A stretch of 64,000 bases of DNA, taken from Candidatus Bathyarchaeota archaeon. GTDB lineage: Archaea; Thermoproteota; Bathyarchaeia; Bathyarchaeales; Bathycorpusculaceae. This document shows, in pieces, positions 33,656-44,024 of the stretch (position 1 is the stretch's first letter; every line of letters begins with the position of its first letter). Where the stretch lies: contig JAFGNM010000117.1 in the NCBI GenBank assembly GCA_016927015.1, positions 29,182 through 93,181 of the forward strand, read 5' to 3'. Position numbers and translations under genes: made by a program. A model generated the notes under the pieces. That model saw only the letters and a program-made list of their open reading frames with translations. It did no database searches and was not told the origin of the DNA.

Positions 33656-34326
33656 TGTACAGTTGCTCCTGCAACGTTTCCAATGTGCACGCCCACATAT
33701 TGCACAACTTCATTATGAACTACGTCGACTGGCCTCTTTGTATTAATGACCTGCAATCCATTGATTTCAGCGACTCTTCGGTAAAGTCTTCTTTTAATCG
33801 TTAATTGCTGTATGTCGTGCTCATCATCCTTTCTGTTAATTGCAGTGCCTGGCTCAGCGTCAAAGATTAGACTAAATGTGCACGAAGGGAGAATGCATCG
33901 ATAGAGTTTGCCGATATACCGTCGGATTAGACTTTCATTTCTCACATCATATGCAACATCAACTAACGTGTCAACAGGGCTTCTATCCAAAAATACAATG
34001 TATCCAAGAAGATATGGCAAATAGACCTTATTTATCCAAAACAGAAATGCGTCGATTAATTGAAAATGAGGCCATAACGTACGAACCGCTTTGTTCATGT
34101 AAAAGCCAGTTTCCCACATTTTCGTTCCACTAGGGTGTTTAATAACTTTAGTTAAACCCATAAAACGGCACAACCCCAAAATTACGTATGAGAAGAATTT
34201 TGGATGCCTGAACCACACATATTTGAATTTACCTTCCGAGGAAATGATTCTCTTAGTCAAAAGGGCTATGTGGGTACTTTTTCCTGACCCATCAATTCCA
34301 GAGAAACAGAAAATTTTTTTCCTCAT
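33652..34326 (-). CDS. thymidylate-kinase-like P-loop kinase
   Basis: 224 aa. The FCFSGIDGSGKSTH P-loop is in the GIDGSGKST context typical of dTMP-kinase-fold enzymes. LDRSPVDTLV resembles the DR(Y/F) region. It overlaps the next gene by 4 nt. Confidence 0.6.
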   Translation of the reverse strand: MRKKIFCFSGIDGSGKSTHIALLTKRIISSEGKFKYVWFRHPKFFSYVILGLCRFMGLTKVIKHPSGTKMWETGFYMNKAVRTLWPHFQLIDAFLFWINKVYLPYLLGYIVFLDRSPVDTLVDVAYDVRNESLIRRYIGKLYRCILPSCTFSLIFDAEPGTAINRKDDEHDIQQLTIKRRLYRRVAEINGLQVINTKRPVDVVHNEVVQYVGVHIGNVAGATVQ

Positions 34327-34347
34327 AGTATTACTCTAACACGCTCT

Positions 34348-35556
34348 TCACAATGAACCAAAGATTGAGTTTATGCAATCAGCTTCAGCTGACATATCCC
34401 CAAAAATTTTGGCTTGTTCTTTAGCTTTATTTCCCAACGTTTCTAACAGTGTAGGAACATTCATAATGGACTGAATTGCTTCTGCTAATTCGTGTACGTT
34501 GCCTGATTCGACGGTTAGACCACCATCGCTAATTATTTCAGAAATTCCACTAATCTTTGTTCCAATTACTGGTTTGCCCATAGCCATGGCTTCTTCAAGA
34601 GATAACAATGGTTCACTAAATACAATTTTAAACGGAAATAGAACTAAATCGGAAACTCTGAGGAATTTCGCCAATTCCTGAGTGCTCAAGATTCCAGGCA
34701 CAAATCGCACAACATCATTCAAATTCAGTTTCGCGCTAAGCCTTTCCAGATACAAGTCATCAGCAGTCGTTACCTTATCATTGCGCCGTATGAGCATTAA
34801 AAGCCTCAGTTGGACGTGTTTTGATTTAAGGCGGTTAACTGCTTTAAGTATAATATCTGTCCCTCTGAGGGTGTTTGCTGGACCAAAATATGTTACCACA
34901 AAATCATCTTCCTTGAACCCGAGTTCTTCTCTAGTGCTACTGTGGTCCAATGACGCATAACTATCAAGTAAAGCCTTATCGTAAATTCTAGGTGGTATTA
35001 CCCTGATTTTCTCTTCAATAACACCGTTAACGGTCAATGACTGCTTAATTGCGTTATTCGGAACTGTGATAATTCCTATTACATTTTGATTAAGTAACCG
35101 TATTGTTGGCTTAGTTAGTGCGGTATTCAGATAGTAGTATAATCCATATGAAAGGTGAAAATATTCTCTCAGTGACAAATGTAATTCTTTGAAGGCGTAA
35201 ATGTTTGAGTTTATGTGAACAATATTTTTGCATTTTTCATCTTTGAATTTTTCAATATAAGATCCAATATGTGGGTAGCCGATCCAGTAGATGGCATCAA
35301 ATGAAAATCGTCTGAGTATCTCTTTGATCTTGCTTGGGTTCATTCTCTTAAAAAAGAAACCCGCTGTTGGAACAATGAACGTTTTTATGTTTTTGATTTT
35401 TTTCGTTTCCGTCCTATTTTTATTGCTTCCGTCAGTAGCTATTGACACATCATGCCCATTGATGATTAAAATTTTGGCCACTTCGTATGTATATCGCCAA
35501 GGTTGAGCTATTAACGAGCTTTCGGTAAATCCGGGACAAACTATTAAGATTTTCAT
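34348..35556 (-). CDS. GT4-family glycosyltransferase
   Basis: The C-terminal region FPFKIVFSEPLLSLEEAMAMGKPVIGTKISGISEII is an EX7E-type region. Confidence 0.8.
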   Translation of the reverse strand: MKILIVCPGFTESSLIAQPWRYTYEVAKILIINGHDVSIATDGSNKNRTETKKIKNIKTFIVPTAGFFFKRMNPSKIKEILRRFSFDAIYWIGYPHIGSYIEKFKDEKCKNIVHINSNIYAFKELHLSLREYFHLSYGLYYYLNTALTKPTIRLLNQNVIGIITVPNNAIKQSLTVNGVIEEKIRVIPPRIYDKALLDSYASLDHSSTREELGFKEDDFVVTYFGPANTLRGTDIILKAVNRLKSKHVQLRLLMLIRRNDKVTTADDLYLERLSAKLNLNDVVRFVPGILSTQELAKFLRVSDLVLFPFKIVFSEPLLSLEEAMAMGKPVIGTKISGISEIISDGGLTVESGNVHELAEAIQSIMNVPTLLETLGNKAKEQAKIFGDMSAEADCINSIFGSL

Positions 35557-36713
35557 AAGTCTTCAGACGGGCAACTAGTGGCATGTGGTGATTGGCATTT
35601 TACAATTTTTTCATAGAACCATGGTATTCGAAGGGACTCGCTCTCGATAAAACCTTGACCTCTAGGGCGGGTGGCAAAATAGGTTTCAAATAATCTCTGT
35701 AATCCAAGTGCTCCATACTTCTTGAGTGCTACCCTGAACGAAGAGAGGATTGTCTGGAGTCGGCTATCTTGATATGGGATTTCACGAAAATTAACCTTTG
35801 GTGAAAGATAGCGGACAGGTTTTTGAAGAATCGATATTTTATCTAAGATGAGGTCTATGACGTCAGAAGTAATAACCTTTTTTCCGTAGAAAGTTTTGGA
35901 ATATTGGTTGACTGTTAGAAATAAAAACAGTAGATCTTGGCTCCAACCGCCATCATCTGCAATACTTGTTATTTTGTGCCAATTAATTTCTGGAAAACTG
36001 CGCGTTATTCCAATCAATTGAAAAATATCAGAAAGGGCGACCTTTCGTCCACCGAACAGAGTGTGAACCGCCAAAACTAAAATGCAGTACTCCCCGTTAG
36101 GTACAGGTACCGATATTTGGTCGTCCAAGGAGATTCTGACAGAGTTGCTGAGTACTTCTTCTGTAGATATAAGTTCCAAGTAAAACGGTTGCCAAGCCAA
36201 AATAGAATATACATCAATTGTGATTATTCGCTTCCCCTCCCATTTTGCCATTGTAGCTTTACAGCATTCTTCAACCACTTTTGTGTAACCTTCAGTTTCG
36301 AGAAAATTTAGGGTCAGTTTAAAGTCTTCTTCAGGTACTAACACATCAATATCTCCTTGTTCTCGGTAGAAAAAAGAAAACTTTGGAATTGAGTACCTTC
36401 TAAAACACTTGTTAAACAGGTCAGTGTGGTCTAACAGTTCTTGGTTAAAATCAGCTATTAGATGCCTCCTTTTGAAGATTATCTGATCTATGAGAACCAC
36501 TATTTGTCTAATGCTTCGATTTTCCGAGTACTGCGTTGATAAGTTTTTTTGAAAAGTCAAGAGTACACCATTTTGGGACAAAATATTCAATAGCTTATCC
36601 TGTTTTATGTTCGCAAAGTCTTTGATGTCAAATTCTATTTTCTCAAACGGATAGGCATATTTGGCCGCAAGTTGAATTTCTTTAGATAGATTTTTTGGAG
36701 AGTTGCTAGGCAA
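35553..36713 (-). CDS. nucleotidyltransferase-fold protein (NTP_transf_5-like)
   Basis: 386 aa. REQGDIDVLVPEEDFKLTLNFLETEGYTKV matches the G-D-(I/L)-D-(L/V)-L-V catalytic strand of the uncharacterised nucleotidyltransferase family. Confidence 0.55.
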   Translation of the reverse strand: MPSNSPKNLSKEIQLAAKYAYPFEKIEFDIKDFANIKQDKLLNILSQNGVLLTFQKNLSTQYSENRSIRQIVVLIDQIIFKRRHLIADFNQELLDHTDLFNKCFRRYSIPKFSFFYREQGDIDVLVPEEDFKLTLNFLETEGYTKVVEECCKATMAKWEGKRIITIDVYSILAWQPFYLELISTEEVLSNSVRISLDDQISVPVPNGEYCILVLAVHTLFGGRKVALSDIFQLIGITRSFPEINWHKITSIADDGGWSQDLLFLFLTVNQYSKTFYGKKVITSDVIDLILDKISILQKPVRYLSPKVNFREIPYQDSRLQTILSSFRVALKKYGALGLQRLFETYFATRPRGQGFIESESLRIPWFYEKIVKCQSPHATSCPSEDL

Positions 36714-37950
36714 TGCTAGTGTATACCTCAGATATTTTCTGAAAAACTACTGTTTGATCGAATTCTTGAACACTGCTCGCCGCTCTAGCTGCAAACAAGT
36801 CTCTGAGACTTGGGTTTGTATAAAAATTTAAAATAGCTTCCTTTATAGTATTAGTATTTCTAGGATCTATTAAAAGTCCTGTCTCGTCGTTTTTGATGAT
36901 TTTCCTAATATTTGGAATGTCACTGGCAATAATTGCTATTCTGGCAGACATGGCTTCTAATAATGCCATCGGCAAGCCTTCTGTGAATGATGGTAAAACA
37001 AAAACGTCTATTGCGTGCAGAATTCTCGAAATATCTCGCCGATATCCTGTTAAGATGGTAACCTGAACAATTCCAAGTTTTTCAACTAACGCTTTAAGTT
37101 CTTCTTCTTCACTACCCCCGCCTATTATTAATAAACAGATATTTGGGCAGTTTTTTGTATGAACGAGCTCTGCAACCGCTGTTGCCAGTGATGAAATGTT
37201 CTTTTCAGGTGAAAGGCGGCCTGCATATCCCACAACAAACGACTTGGAATCTATGCCTAATACATTACGGGCTTCTGTTTTAGAAAATGATTTTGGTTCA
37301 AATTTCCTAACGTCTATTCCCCCACCGAGCGTAACTAATTTACTTCTGGATAAACCATATTCGATTAAAGATTGGCCAGTGAATTCTCCAACGGCGATAA
37401 CCCTATTGGCAAAGTATTTTAACACGATTTTTTGGATTAGCTCTTCCACGCTTACAACTATGGCTTTTGTTATACTTTTTTCACCCATTTTGGGAAATAG
37501 GTTTCTAATTTGCTCGATTCTATCGCCATGGGAGTGAACTACAACAGGAATTCGGCAAAGCTTACCAACGATACCCGCAGACAACCCCGCATAGATAGTA
37601 TCTTGAGCATGAATGACTGAAAGCCTATTTTTTTTGTTAACCCCCATTATCCCCAGACAAGCAGCCAAACTAAAAAAAAGAAGAGAGGCTTGGTAGAGTA
37701 AAAAAGGAGCTGAATAAGACACCTCACTGTTTCCTTCTTGAAAGGCCACGTTTTCAGAAGGTTCAGCCTCGACCACTTCAATAACTTTAGGTAATCTTCT
37801 GTGCAATAGAGTAACTTTCACATGTTGGTGTAGCAACCAATCAATGTAGGAAGAAGTGAAGGAGGTTATTCCGCCTGTACCCCTTATCACATCACCGCTT
37901 GCAACAAGACATGCATGCTTAGTAGTCATGGTATAAAGCATCTTGTTCAA
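36706..37950 (-). CDS. GT4-family glycosyltransferase
   Basis: VFVLPSFTEGLPMALLEAMSARIAIIASDIPNIRKIIKNDETGLLI is an EX7E motif region. Confidence 0.85.
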   Translation of the reverse strand: MNKMLYTMTTKHACLVASGDVIRGTGGITSFTSSYIDWLLHQHVKVTLLHRRLPKVIEVVEAEPSENVAFQEGNSEVSYSAPFLLYQASLLFFSLAACLGIMGVNKKNRLSVIHAQDTIYAGLSAGIVGKLCRIPVVVHSHGDRIEQIRNLFPKMGEKSITKAIVVSVEELIQKIVLKYFANRVIAVGEFTGQSLIEYGLSRSKLVTLGGGIDVRKFEPKSFSKTEARNVLGIDSKSFVVGYAGRLSPEKNISSLATAVAELVHTKNCPNICLLIIGGGSEEEELKALVEKLGIVQVTILTGYRRDISRILHAIDVFVLPSFTEGLPMALLEAMSARIAIIASDIPNIRKIIKNDETGLLIDPRNTNTIKEAILNFYTNPSLRDLFAARAASSVQEFDQTVVFQKISEVYTSIA

Positions 37951-38038
37951 TACAGGTTTTTTTCTGTTTTTAATTTGTTTTGATGATAAAACTGTTAAAC
38001 ACCAACAAGATTCTGAAACAATTTAGCTGAAAGCTATT

Positions 38039-39151
38039 TTAGAAGAGCGCATCATAAGCTCGTGTCAACTGTGATTCCATATTATCCCAATTGTACTTCA
38101 ATTTAAAGTATCGTCTTCCATTTAAACCAAGACTTTTTCGGGTTTCCTCATTTTCTTTCAAAAGGAAAACCGCATCCATAAGCTCTTTTTGATTATAATA
38201 ATCTACTAAAAGGCCACACTTGGTCTCGAGGACTATATCTTTTGCGATGTTTGTGATTATGGGTTTGCCGATCATCATTGCTTCAAATAGTTTGTTAGGG
38301 TAAGTAATCTGATAGTTTTTCACCATTGGACTATAAAGCGCCACTATTACATCTCCACTAGCCATCGCCCTCAACGCTTTTTCATACGGAAGAACTCCTA
38401 AATACCTTACTCGCTGTTTCTTTGAAATTAGGCTATGCAAGTTTTCTTCCAGTGAAGGTCCCATTATTATTAATTCTACGTTTTCTATTTCGTCCACTAC
38501 CTTTAGTAATTGAATAAGACCTCTATCCAATTTGATTGGGCCTGCATAGGCTAAAATCAAAATCTCCTTTTCTTTGCTATCCCGCTTCTCTTCATGGGGG
38601 ATCTCAATTTCATTTGCACAATTCAGCAAAATTATACCATTTAATGGTTTAAACCAATTTAGACTATCCATCATGTCTTTTGCAACCGTAATGAAAAGGT
38701 CTGCTTTGTAAGCCAAGAACTCCTCTATGAAGCAGACAATCCCACTTAAGAAACTTAGATAAAATGGGAGATATACCATAGAATAACGGTCATAAAGGTC
38801 GAAAACTATGCGTGCTGAGGGTCGAACCAACCGGTAGGCAAAAGGAGGTATCGCAGAATCAAATCCGCAGCTATGCACTATCTGGGGACGTAAAATAAGA
38901 AGATTTATAGTAGCCCAAAGCCAGAAGACAGGTAGCATTAAGGCTACACGAAACTTGCCGTATGCTGAGTGAAGAGGCAGTCTTTTAAAAACAACACAAT
39001 TTTTAATCTCAAACACTGTGGATGTGCATTCACGATCCCAACCAATAACAAAAACTTGATACCCATGTTTAACAAGTGATGTTGTTTCTTTGGTTAATCG
39101 GCTATCTGAAATTCCAGAATTCGTTTGTACAAAAGCTACCTTTGTGACCAT
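38039..39151 (-). CDS. GT4-like glycosyltransferase
   Basis: YPNKLFEAMMIGKPIITNIAKDIVLETKCGLLV is a GT-B C-terminal nucleotide-sugar binding pattern. Confidence 0.75.
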   Translation of the reverse strand: MVTKVAFVQTNSGISDSRLTKETTSLVKHGYQVFVIGWDRECTSTVFEIKNCVVFKRLPLHSAYGKFRVALMLPVFWLWATINLLILRPQIVHSCGFDSAIPPFAYRLVRPSARIVFDLYDRYSMVYLPFYLSFLSGIVCFIEEFLAYKADLFITVAKDMMDSLNWFKPLNGIILLNCANEIEIPHEEKRDSKEKEILILAYAGPIKLDRGLIQLLKVVDEIENVELIIMGPSLEENLHSLISKKQRVRYLGVLPYEKALRAMASGDVIVALYSPMVKNYQITYPNKLFEAMMIGKPIITNIAKDIVLETKCGLLVDYYNQKELMDAVFLLKENEETRKSLGLNGRRYFKLKYNWDNMESQLTRAYDALF

Positions 39152-39228
39152 TTCATCAACTGTCTATCATTGAATTGGGTAACTGTATTGAAAATGAATT
39201 CTTTGCAAAGTAAACTTTTGAGGAAATT

Positions 39229-40266
39229 TTAGTCGAGAAAAGACATTACCTCTGTACGAAAAATGTGCAATAGTGAGGTAAAGGGAAAAACAAAATGCCT
39301 TTTGAATGAGTCCTTATCGGTGACGACTCTGTATTCCTGAACTCTTTGACGGTTATACCATATTTTTCGGAAGTTCCTTACAACATAGACGAAACTTTTC
39401 AAGATAGCGAGGGAATAAGAGTTTTTCCCTTTTATAGCTAAAAGAACACAAGCAACTAGACGAATAAAGATCACTAGTGATCCGTATTTAACCAAATTTA
39501 GCAGCTCATAATTTTTTATCAGAGTCTCTAAGGAGTTTTTCTCAATAAGATAGCGATATTTTGCTGAATGTGCTCTTTTGAAACTGATTTTGTGATAGAC
39601 CACAGACGAAGGCACAGAAAATACTTGGTATCCTATTAAGCGTATTCTCCAACATAAGTCCACTTCATCGAAATACAAGAAGTAGTCATTTGCAAATCCA
39701 TTAACCTTTCTAAAAACTTCGGCTCTAACGAGAAGCGAAACGCCGCAACAGTGAAAAAAAGACTTTAACCTGTTAAGTCGATATCCTGTCCTGTCTTTTC
39801 CAAAACCTAAATCGAGACTGTAACCTGTTTCTCGATTGTACACGCCACCAAGGCTTTGAATAATTTTGCCATTCCAAAATAGGACTGTACTTCCACAAGC
39901 GCCAATTCTTTTGTCGGCAGTTGCCACTTTAAGAAGCTCTTTTAGCCAATTGCGATCTACTCTAGTGTCAGGATTCAAAAAGACGAAAAAATCGCCTTGT
40001 GCATATTTAGCCCCAACATTGCAGCCTCCACCATACCCAATGTTATCCCGATTTTGCACTACTTTAACCCAAGGGAACTCCCTCTTAACAAAACCTGCAC
40101 TGCCATCAGTTGAACAATTATCAACAAACAAGGTCTCAAAATTACGATAACTTGATGCTTTAAGAGATGTTAAACATTCTCTTAAATCGTTTTTACTATC
40201 GTGCCCAACAATTATCACTGAGACCAAAGCTTGTTTAATCATGTAAATACTGCGCCATAACTTCAT
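39229..40266 (-). CDS. GT2-family glycosyltransferase
   Basis: VSVIIVGHDSKNDLRECLTSLKASSYRNFETLFVDNCSTDGS. The start is possibly the ATG at 40242. Confidence 0.85.
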   Translation of the reverse strand: MKLWRSIYMIKQALVSVIIVGHDSKNDLRECLTSLKASSYRNFETLFVDNCSTDGSAGFVKREFPWVKVVQNRDNIGYGGGCNVGAKYAQGDFFVFLNPDTRVDRNWLKELLKVATADKRIGACGSTVLFWNGKIIQSLGGVYNRETGYSLDLGFGKDRTGYRLNRLKSFFHCCGVSLLVRAEVFRKVNGFANDYFLYFDEVDLCWRIRLIGYQVFSVPSSVVYHKISFKRAHSAKYRYLIEKNSLETLIKNYELLNLVKYGSLVIFIRLVACVLLAIKGKNSYSLAILKSFVYVVRNFRKIWYNRQRVQEYRVVTDKDSFKRHFVFPFTSLLHIFRTEVMSFLD

Positions 40267-40394
40267 AAAGCAAAACTGGTTACCGGCTCAAATTATCTGT
40301 AAAAAACTGATGCAGTTACGCTAATTTTAACCGGCAGGCTGGATGAAATCCCATTGCAGCGCGCAGGAATTTTCAAAACTGACCAAGTAGTTCT

Positions 40395-41444
40395 TCAAAC
40401 TTCCTTTGCGAGTTCACGGTAAAAAATTTGGGAGTTTCCAGTAGTTCTTTTCCATTTTCCTTTTGTAATTCCATAAAGCATTCCAAAAAGATAACTAAAA
40501 TGTTCAACTACAAAAAGCGAGGGAATTAGCAACAAATAACGGGGGCAATTTGTTTTAACAAAGCTTCGAAAGGCTGTCACAAAGATTGCAGCTAAGTAAA
40601 CAATGACAACGGCTGCAGCGAGTAAGGGAAAAAAAACGGCTATGAATGGAAACATGAGCGCCATTATGAAGGGTATTATTGCGCCCTTGCTGGCATATTT
40701 TTTATCTGTTAATATTGACCTCATTCGGCCCATTCCATACAAAAAGAATTGCTTAGCAAACCCTTTGATTGTGTCTCTTCGATAATGCCAGACAAAAATA
40801 TCGGGAACAAAAAGAAGTTTACTTCCAGTTTCGCACACTTTATAACTGAGATTTGTGTCTTCACATAATTCGAATTCCTCATCAAAACCATCAATATCCT
40901 GCAAAGCATCGCGCCAAAAGGCACTGTTTATGCAAGCTAAAGCTCTTACAACTTGTGGTTTTTTCGGGTTATACAAACTCGCCGAACCTAAGCTACCAAG
41001 GAAACTTGAGAAAACAAAATCTATCGCCTTACCCAAACAAGACCCTTTTTTAGGTGAAATATTAATTCCACCAACCCCTCCTAATGCCTTGTCCTGTATC
41101 AACTCGTTAATGAGAGCAGAGAGCCACGTTTCCGATGCCACACAGTCCGAGTCAATGAAAGCTATTATTTCCCCGTTAGCTCTCTTAATTCCAAGATTTC
41201 GCGCCTGTGCGCGATTTCCACCTTTAATCACAATGACTTCAAATTTGCCAGAGTAATCTTGCGTCTTAAGGCTTGCTAAGCAACGGCTAATGTTAGGATC
41301 CTGCTCATCTTTGACAGGTATTATTACACTTACTTTAGGCAGTTCGGTCTTATCTCTCAAATTTATATACGATTCGTTGAAAATGCAGTTTTCCCGACAA
41401 CTCTCAGAGGCAGGTAGTGTAATCTTGGTGCTATTCTCATGCAA
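40395..41444 (-). CDS. GT2-family glycosyltransferase with C-terminal TM helices
   Basis: VSVIIPVKDEQDPNISRCLASLKTQDY...IAFIDSDC, followed by a hydrophobic C-terminal third. Confidence 0.8.
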   Translation of the reverse strand: MHENSTKITLPASESCRENCIFNESYINLRDKTELPKVSVIIPVKDEQDPNISRCLASLKTQDYSGKFEVIVIKGGNRAQARNLGIKRANGEIIAFIDSDCVASETWLSALINELIQDKALGGVGGINISPKKGSCLGKAIDFVFSSFLGSLGSASLYNPKKPQVVRALACINSAFWRDALQDIDGFDEEFELCEDTNLSYKVCETGSKLLFVPDIFVWHYRRDTIKGFAKQFFLYGMGRMRSILTDKKYASKGAIIPFIMALMFPFIAVFFPLLAAAVVIVYLAAIFVTAFRSFVKTNCPRYLLLIPSLFVVEHFSYLFGMLYGITKGKWKRTTGNSQIFYRELAKEV

Positions 41445-41447
41445 ACC

Positions 41448-42398
41448 TTATCTTTTCTCACTCATTTTTTTAGAAATTCTTGAAATAGCGTACAGCGTTA
41501 TGGCTGTTGACAACATGAAGACGCCAATTACCACGAAAGACAGGGAAGCCAAAGCAAGATTAGTCACTATTCGATGTTCTATTGCATAAACTTGCAGCAT
41601 CCAAACGCCGAACGATACTCCAGCAAACAAAAACAACAGGGAAGGAACACCCAGAACCATTAACGGCTTTTCCTCAACAATAAGCCGAATGATGGACATG
41701 ACAACGCCTACGCCATGAGTCACAGGGTGCTCCGTGGAAGTGGGCACTTCACAATTTTGATATTTGCATGTGCTTGGCACTTCACAGATCTTCAAATCAT
41801 GTTTGCTGGCTTCTAATAGAATTTCCACGCTAGCACCCATGCCGGCTTCAACGAGGCTGAGGCGCTCTATCGCCTGACGATTGTACGCTCTGAATCCGCT
41901 CTGAGCGTCGCTAACACCGTTCTTCGCGGAACCGTTAACCATCTTTGTAATCAGCTTAGCACCAAGCCGCCTGTACACCGGCATCTCCGCCGTTCCACAT
42001 CCATCAATAAACCTGCTACCGATCACCACATCTGCTACACCTTCAGTGATAGGGACTAGAACACTGGGAATCTCCCGAGGATCATGCTGACCATCAGCAT
42101 CCAGAGTAACCAAAACATCCGCATTCAACTCACGAGCCCGCTCAAACAAGCTCTTAATAGCAGCTCCATAACCCAAATTCCGCTCATGCTTGACCACATC
42201 TGCACCTAAACGCTTAGCAATCTCACATGTTAAATCGGATGAACCATCATCACAGACCACCACCGCATCAGCGTGCTTCTGAGCCTCCAACACAACCCGA
42301 GCAATACTGTTCTCCTCATTAAACGCAGGTATACCTACCACAACAAACGACTCAGCAGACTTTCCTAACTGGCTAACTTCTATCTCAACCAACAACAA
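41448..42398 (-). CDS. dolichyl/polyprenyl-phosphate glycosyltransferase (DPM1/GtrB-like GT2 with two C-terminal TM helices)
   Basis: VVGIPAFNEENSIARVV, CDDGSSDLT and DADGQHDP motifs. Two C-terminal helices, as in GtrB-type enzymes. Confidence 0.8.
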   Translation of the reverse strand: MLLVEIEVSQLGKSAESFVVVGIPAFNEENSIARVVLEAQKHADAVVVCDDGSSDLTCEIAKRLGADVVKHERNLGYGAAIKSLFERARELNADVLVTLDADGQHDPREIPSVLVPITEGVADVVIGSRFIDGCGTAEMPVYRRLGAKLITKMVNGSAKNGVSDAQSGFRAYNRQAIERLSLVEAGMGASVEILLEASKHDLKICEVPSTCKYQNCEVPTSTEHPVTHGVGVVMSIIRLIVEEKPLMVLGVPSLLFLFAGVSFGVWMLQVYAIEHRIVTNLALASLSFVVIGVFMLSTAITLYAISRISKKMSEKR

Positions 42399-42431
42399 CT
42401 ATCTCCATCAATTTTTCGACCACCGAAGCCG

Positions 42432-44024
42432 TCAAACAGGAACAGAACCCGTGAACTCATAAACTGAAATCCTGCCGAAATCCCTCAAAGAAACAAACTG
42501 GCTCGGAACCGACACGTTATACCAACCAATATCCCTATTCCACCAGACAAAATACACAGAACCAAAACCGCGATTCACAGCATCGCCCAAAGCCAAGCCC
42601 GCATCATTCCAAAACTGAAGTGTAACGTGCGAATTGTCACTATACAATCTGTCCCAATAAAGGAAAATACGATTAACAAGCACACAAGAATTGTCGTCCG
42701 AATTCTCTTCCAACCACATTATAGCCTGAGACACCATTTCTACATCTTGATATGGAACTGCAGGTGCCGAGCAGAAGTGCGCAGACACACTCGGCAGAGT
42801 GAATACACCAACTTGAACAGTATTCATCAACAGAGGCGTAGCTAAATAAACAGAACCAAGAAGAACCGTTGCGCCTAACCCTCCGAAAACAATCTTCTTG
42901 GAAATCCCAGCAATCTTAGCTTTCGAGCCGTTAAAGCCGCTGAGTAACTTATGCAGCCCATTAACCGCAAAAAACGTAAAAGGATAAACAAGCATGAACA
43001 TCCACCGGCTCCAAAAATCCAACGCAAAAAACGGCCAGACTAAACAGCCGAAAGAACCAACCAGCAGCAACCCCGTCCAAATGTTTAAAACTCCATTCCT
43101 GAAGAAACCCTTCCATACCAAAAGCAGATAAGACAGGTACAAAAAGGCGAAAAGCAAAACAACATCAATTAACAAATCAGTGTAACCAGCATACTGAAAA
43201 ACCTGGTCGTTGGTAACCAAGTAGTTGGCGAAAAACGTAAAACGCCCCACAGACGCCTCCCCCGTGCTTAGAGAAGTCGTTGTCACGTTGTAGTTTACGG
43301 GGAAAAACCGCAAAAACAACCCAGTCAAGAAAACCGACAGCGCTGGAACAAACGCCAGAACCGTCAACTTCTCTGCTCTGCCAAACCGCTTTCGTGCAAA
43401 ACGCCAGCTACACACTCCCAAAACAATCGTCACTAACGCCACGCCCGCGTACTCATGCGCAAAAACAGTAAGCAGCGAAAGCAAAGCGAACACTGCGAAG
43501 TCTCGTTTTGAACCGAGCTTGCCAACGAAAGGCAAAGCAAACAGCAGCAGACCCATGCCCAGCGTGTTCCGCAGCAGGTCCCACGAAATCCTGAGCGCCG
43601 CCAGTTGAAACGCGAAAAGCCCAGCAGCCGCCAAACATAGTTTTACATCCCAGCCTAACATTTTTTTTCCAACCCAGTAAACGCCAGCCACGTTTAAACC
43701 GTAAAGCGCAGGCGCCACCACCTTCAACAGCAGAAACGGGTCAATCTGGAAAACGCTGTACAGCGGCACAGTGAACGCGTGCAACAGCCATGTTGACGTG
43801 AAAAAGGAACTCCAGTTAGCCCACACCACGCCACTCTTCATCACTGCAGCGTAATAAACCGTGTCGAAACCGATTGGAACAGCACCCGCCAACAGCTCAG
43901 GCACCAAACGAACAAGGAATCCCGCCATGAATACTAAGCCTAAAGCCTTAGCGCCTGAAAAAGCACCAAACCAAGCAAACAAGCGGTTTAAGCTTAAGAA
44001 CGGATGGAAGTTCAGGGTTTTCAC
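42432..44024 (-). CDS. GT-C-like polytopic membrane glycosyltransferase (candidate partner of the Dol-P glycosyltransferase)
   Basis: 530 aa with about 12 TM helices, followed by AIMWLEENSDDNSCVLV in a soluble tail. No WWDYG motif was seen. It overlaps the epimerase gene by 4 nt. Confidence 0.6.
   Translation of the reverse strand: MKTLNFHPFLSLNRLFAWFGAFSGAKALGLVFMAGFLVRLVPELLAGAVPIGFDTVYYAAVMKSGVVWANWSSFFTSTWLLHAFTVPLYSVFQIDPFLLLKVVAPALYGLNVAGVYWVGKKMLGWDVKLCLAAAGLFAFQLAALRISWDLLRNTLGMGLLLFALPFVGKLGSKRDFAVFALLSLLTVFAHEYAGVALVTIVLGVCSWRFARKRFGRAEKLTVLAFVPALSVFLTGLFLRFFPVNYNVTTTSLSTGEASVGRFTFFANYLVTNDQVFQYAGYTDLLIDVVLLFAFLYLSYLLLVWKGFFRNGVLNIWTGLLLVGSFGCLVWPFFALDFWSRWMFMLVYPFTFFAVNGLHKLLSGFNGSKAKIAGISKKIVFGGLGATVLLGSVYLATPLLMNTVQVGVFTLPSVSAHFCSAPAVPYQDVEMVSQAIMWLEENSDDNSCVLVNRIFLYWDRLYSDNSHVTLQFWNDAGLALGDAVNRGFGSVYFVWWNRDIGWYNVSVPSQFVSLRDFGRISVYEFTGSVPV

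Noticed and set aside
40603-41589. Plus-strand ORFs 40603-40785, 40853-41053, 40855-41256 and 41290-41589
   Set aside because: They are antisense to well-supported GT2 genes and have no motifs.
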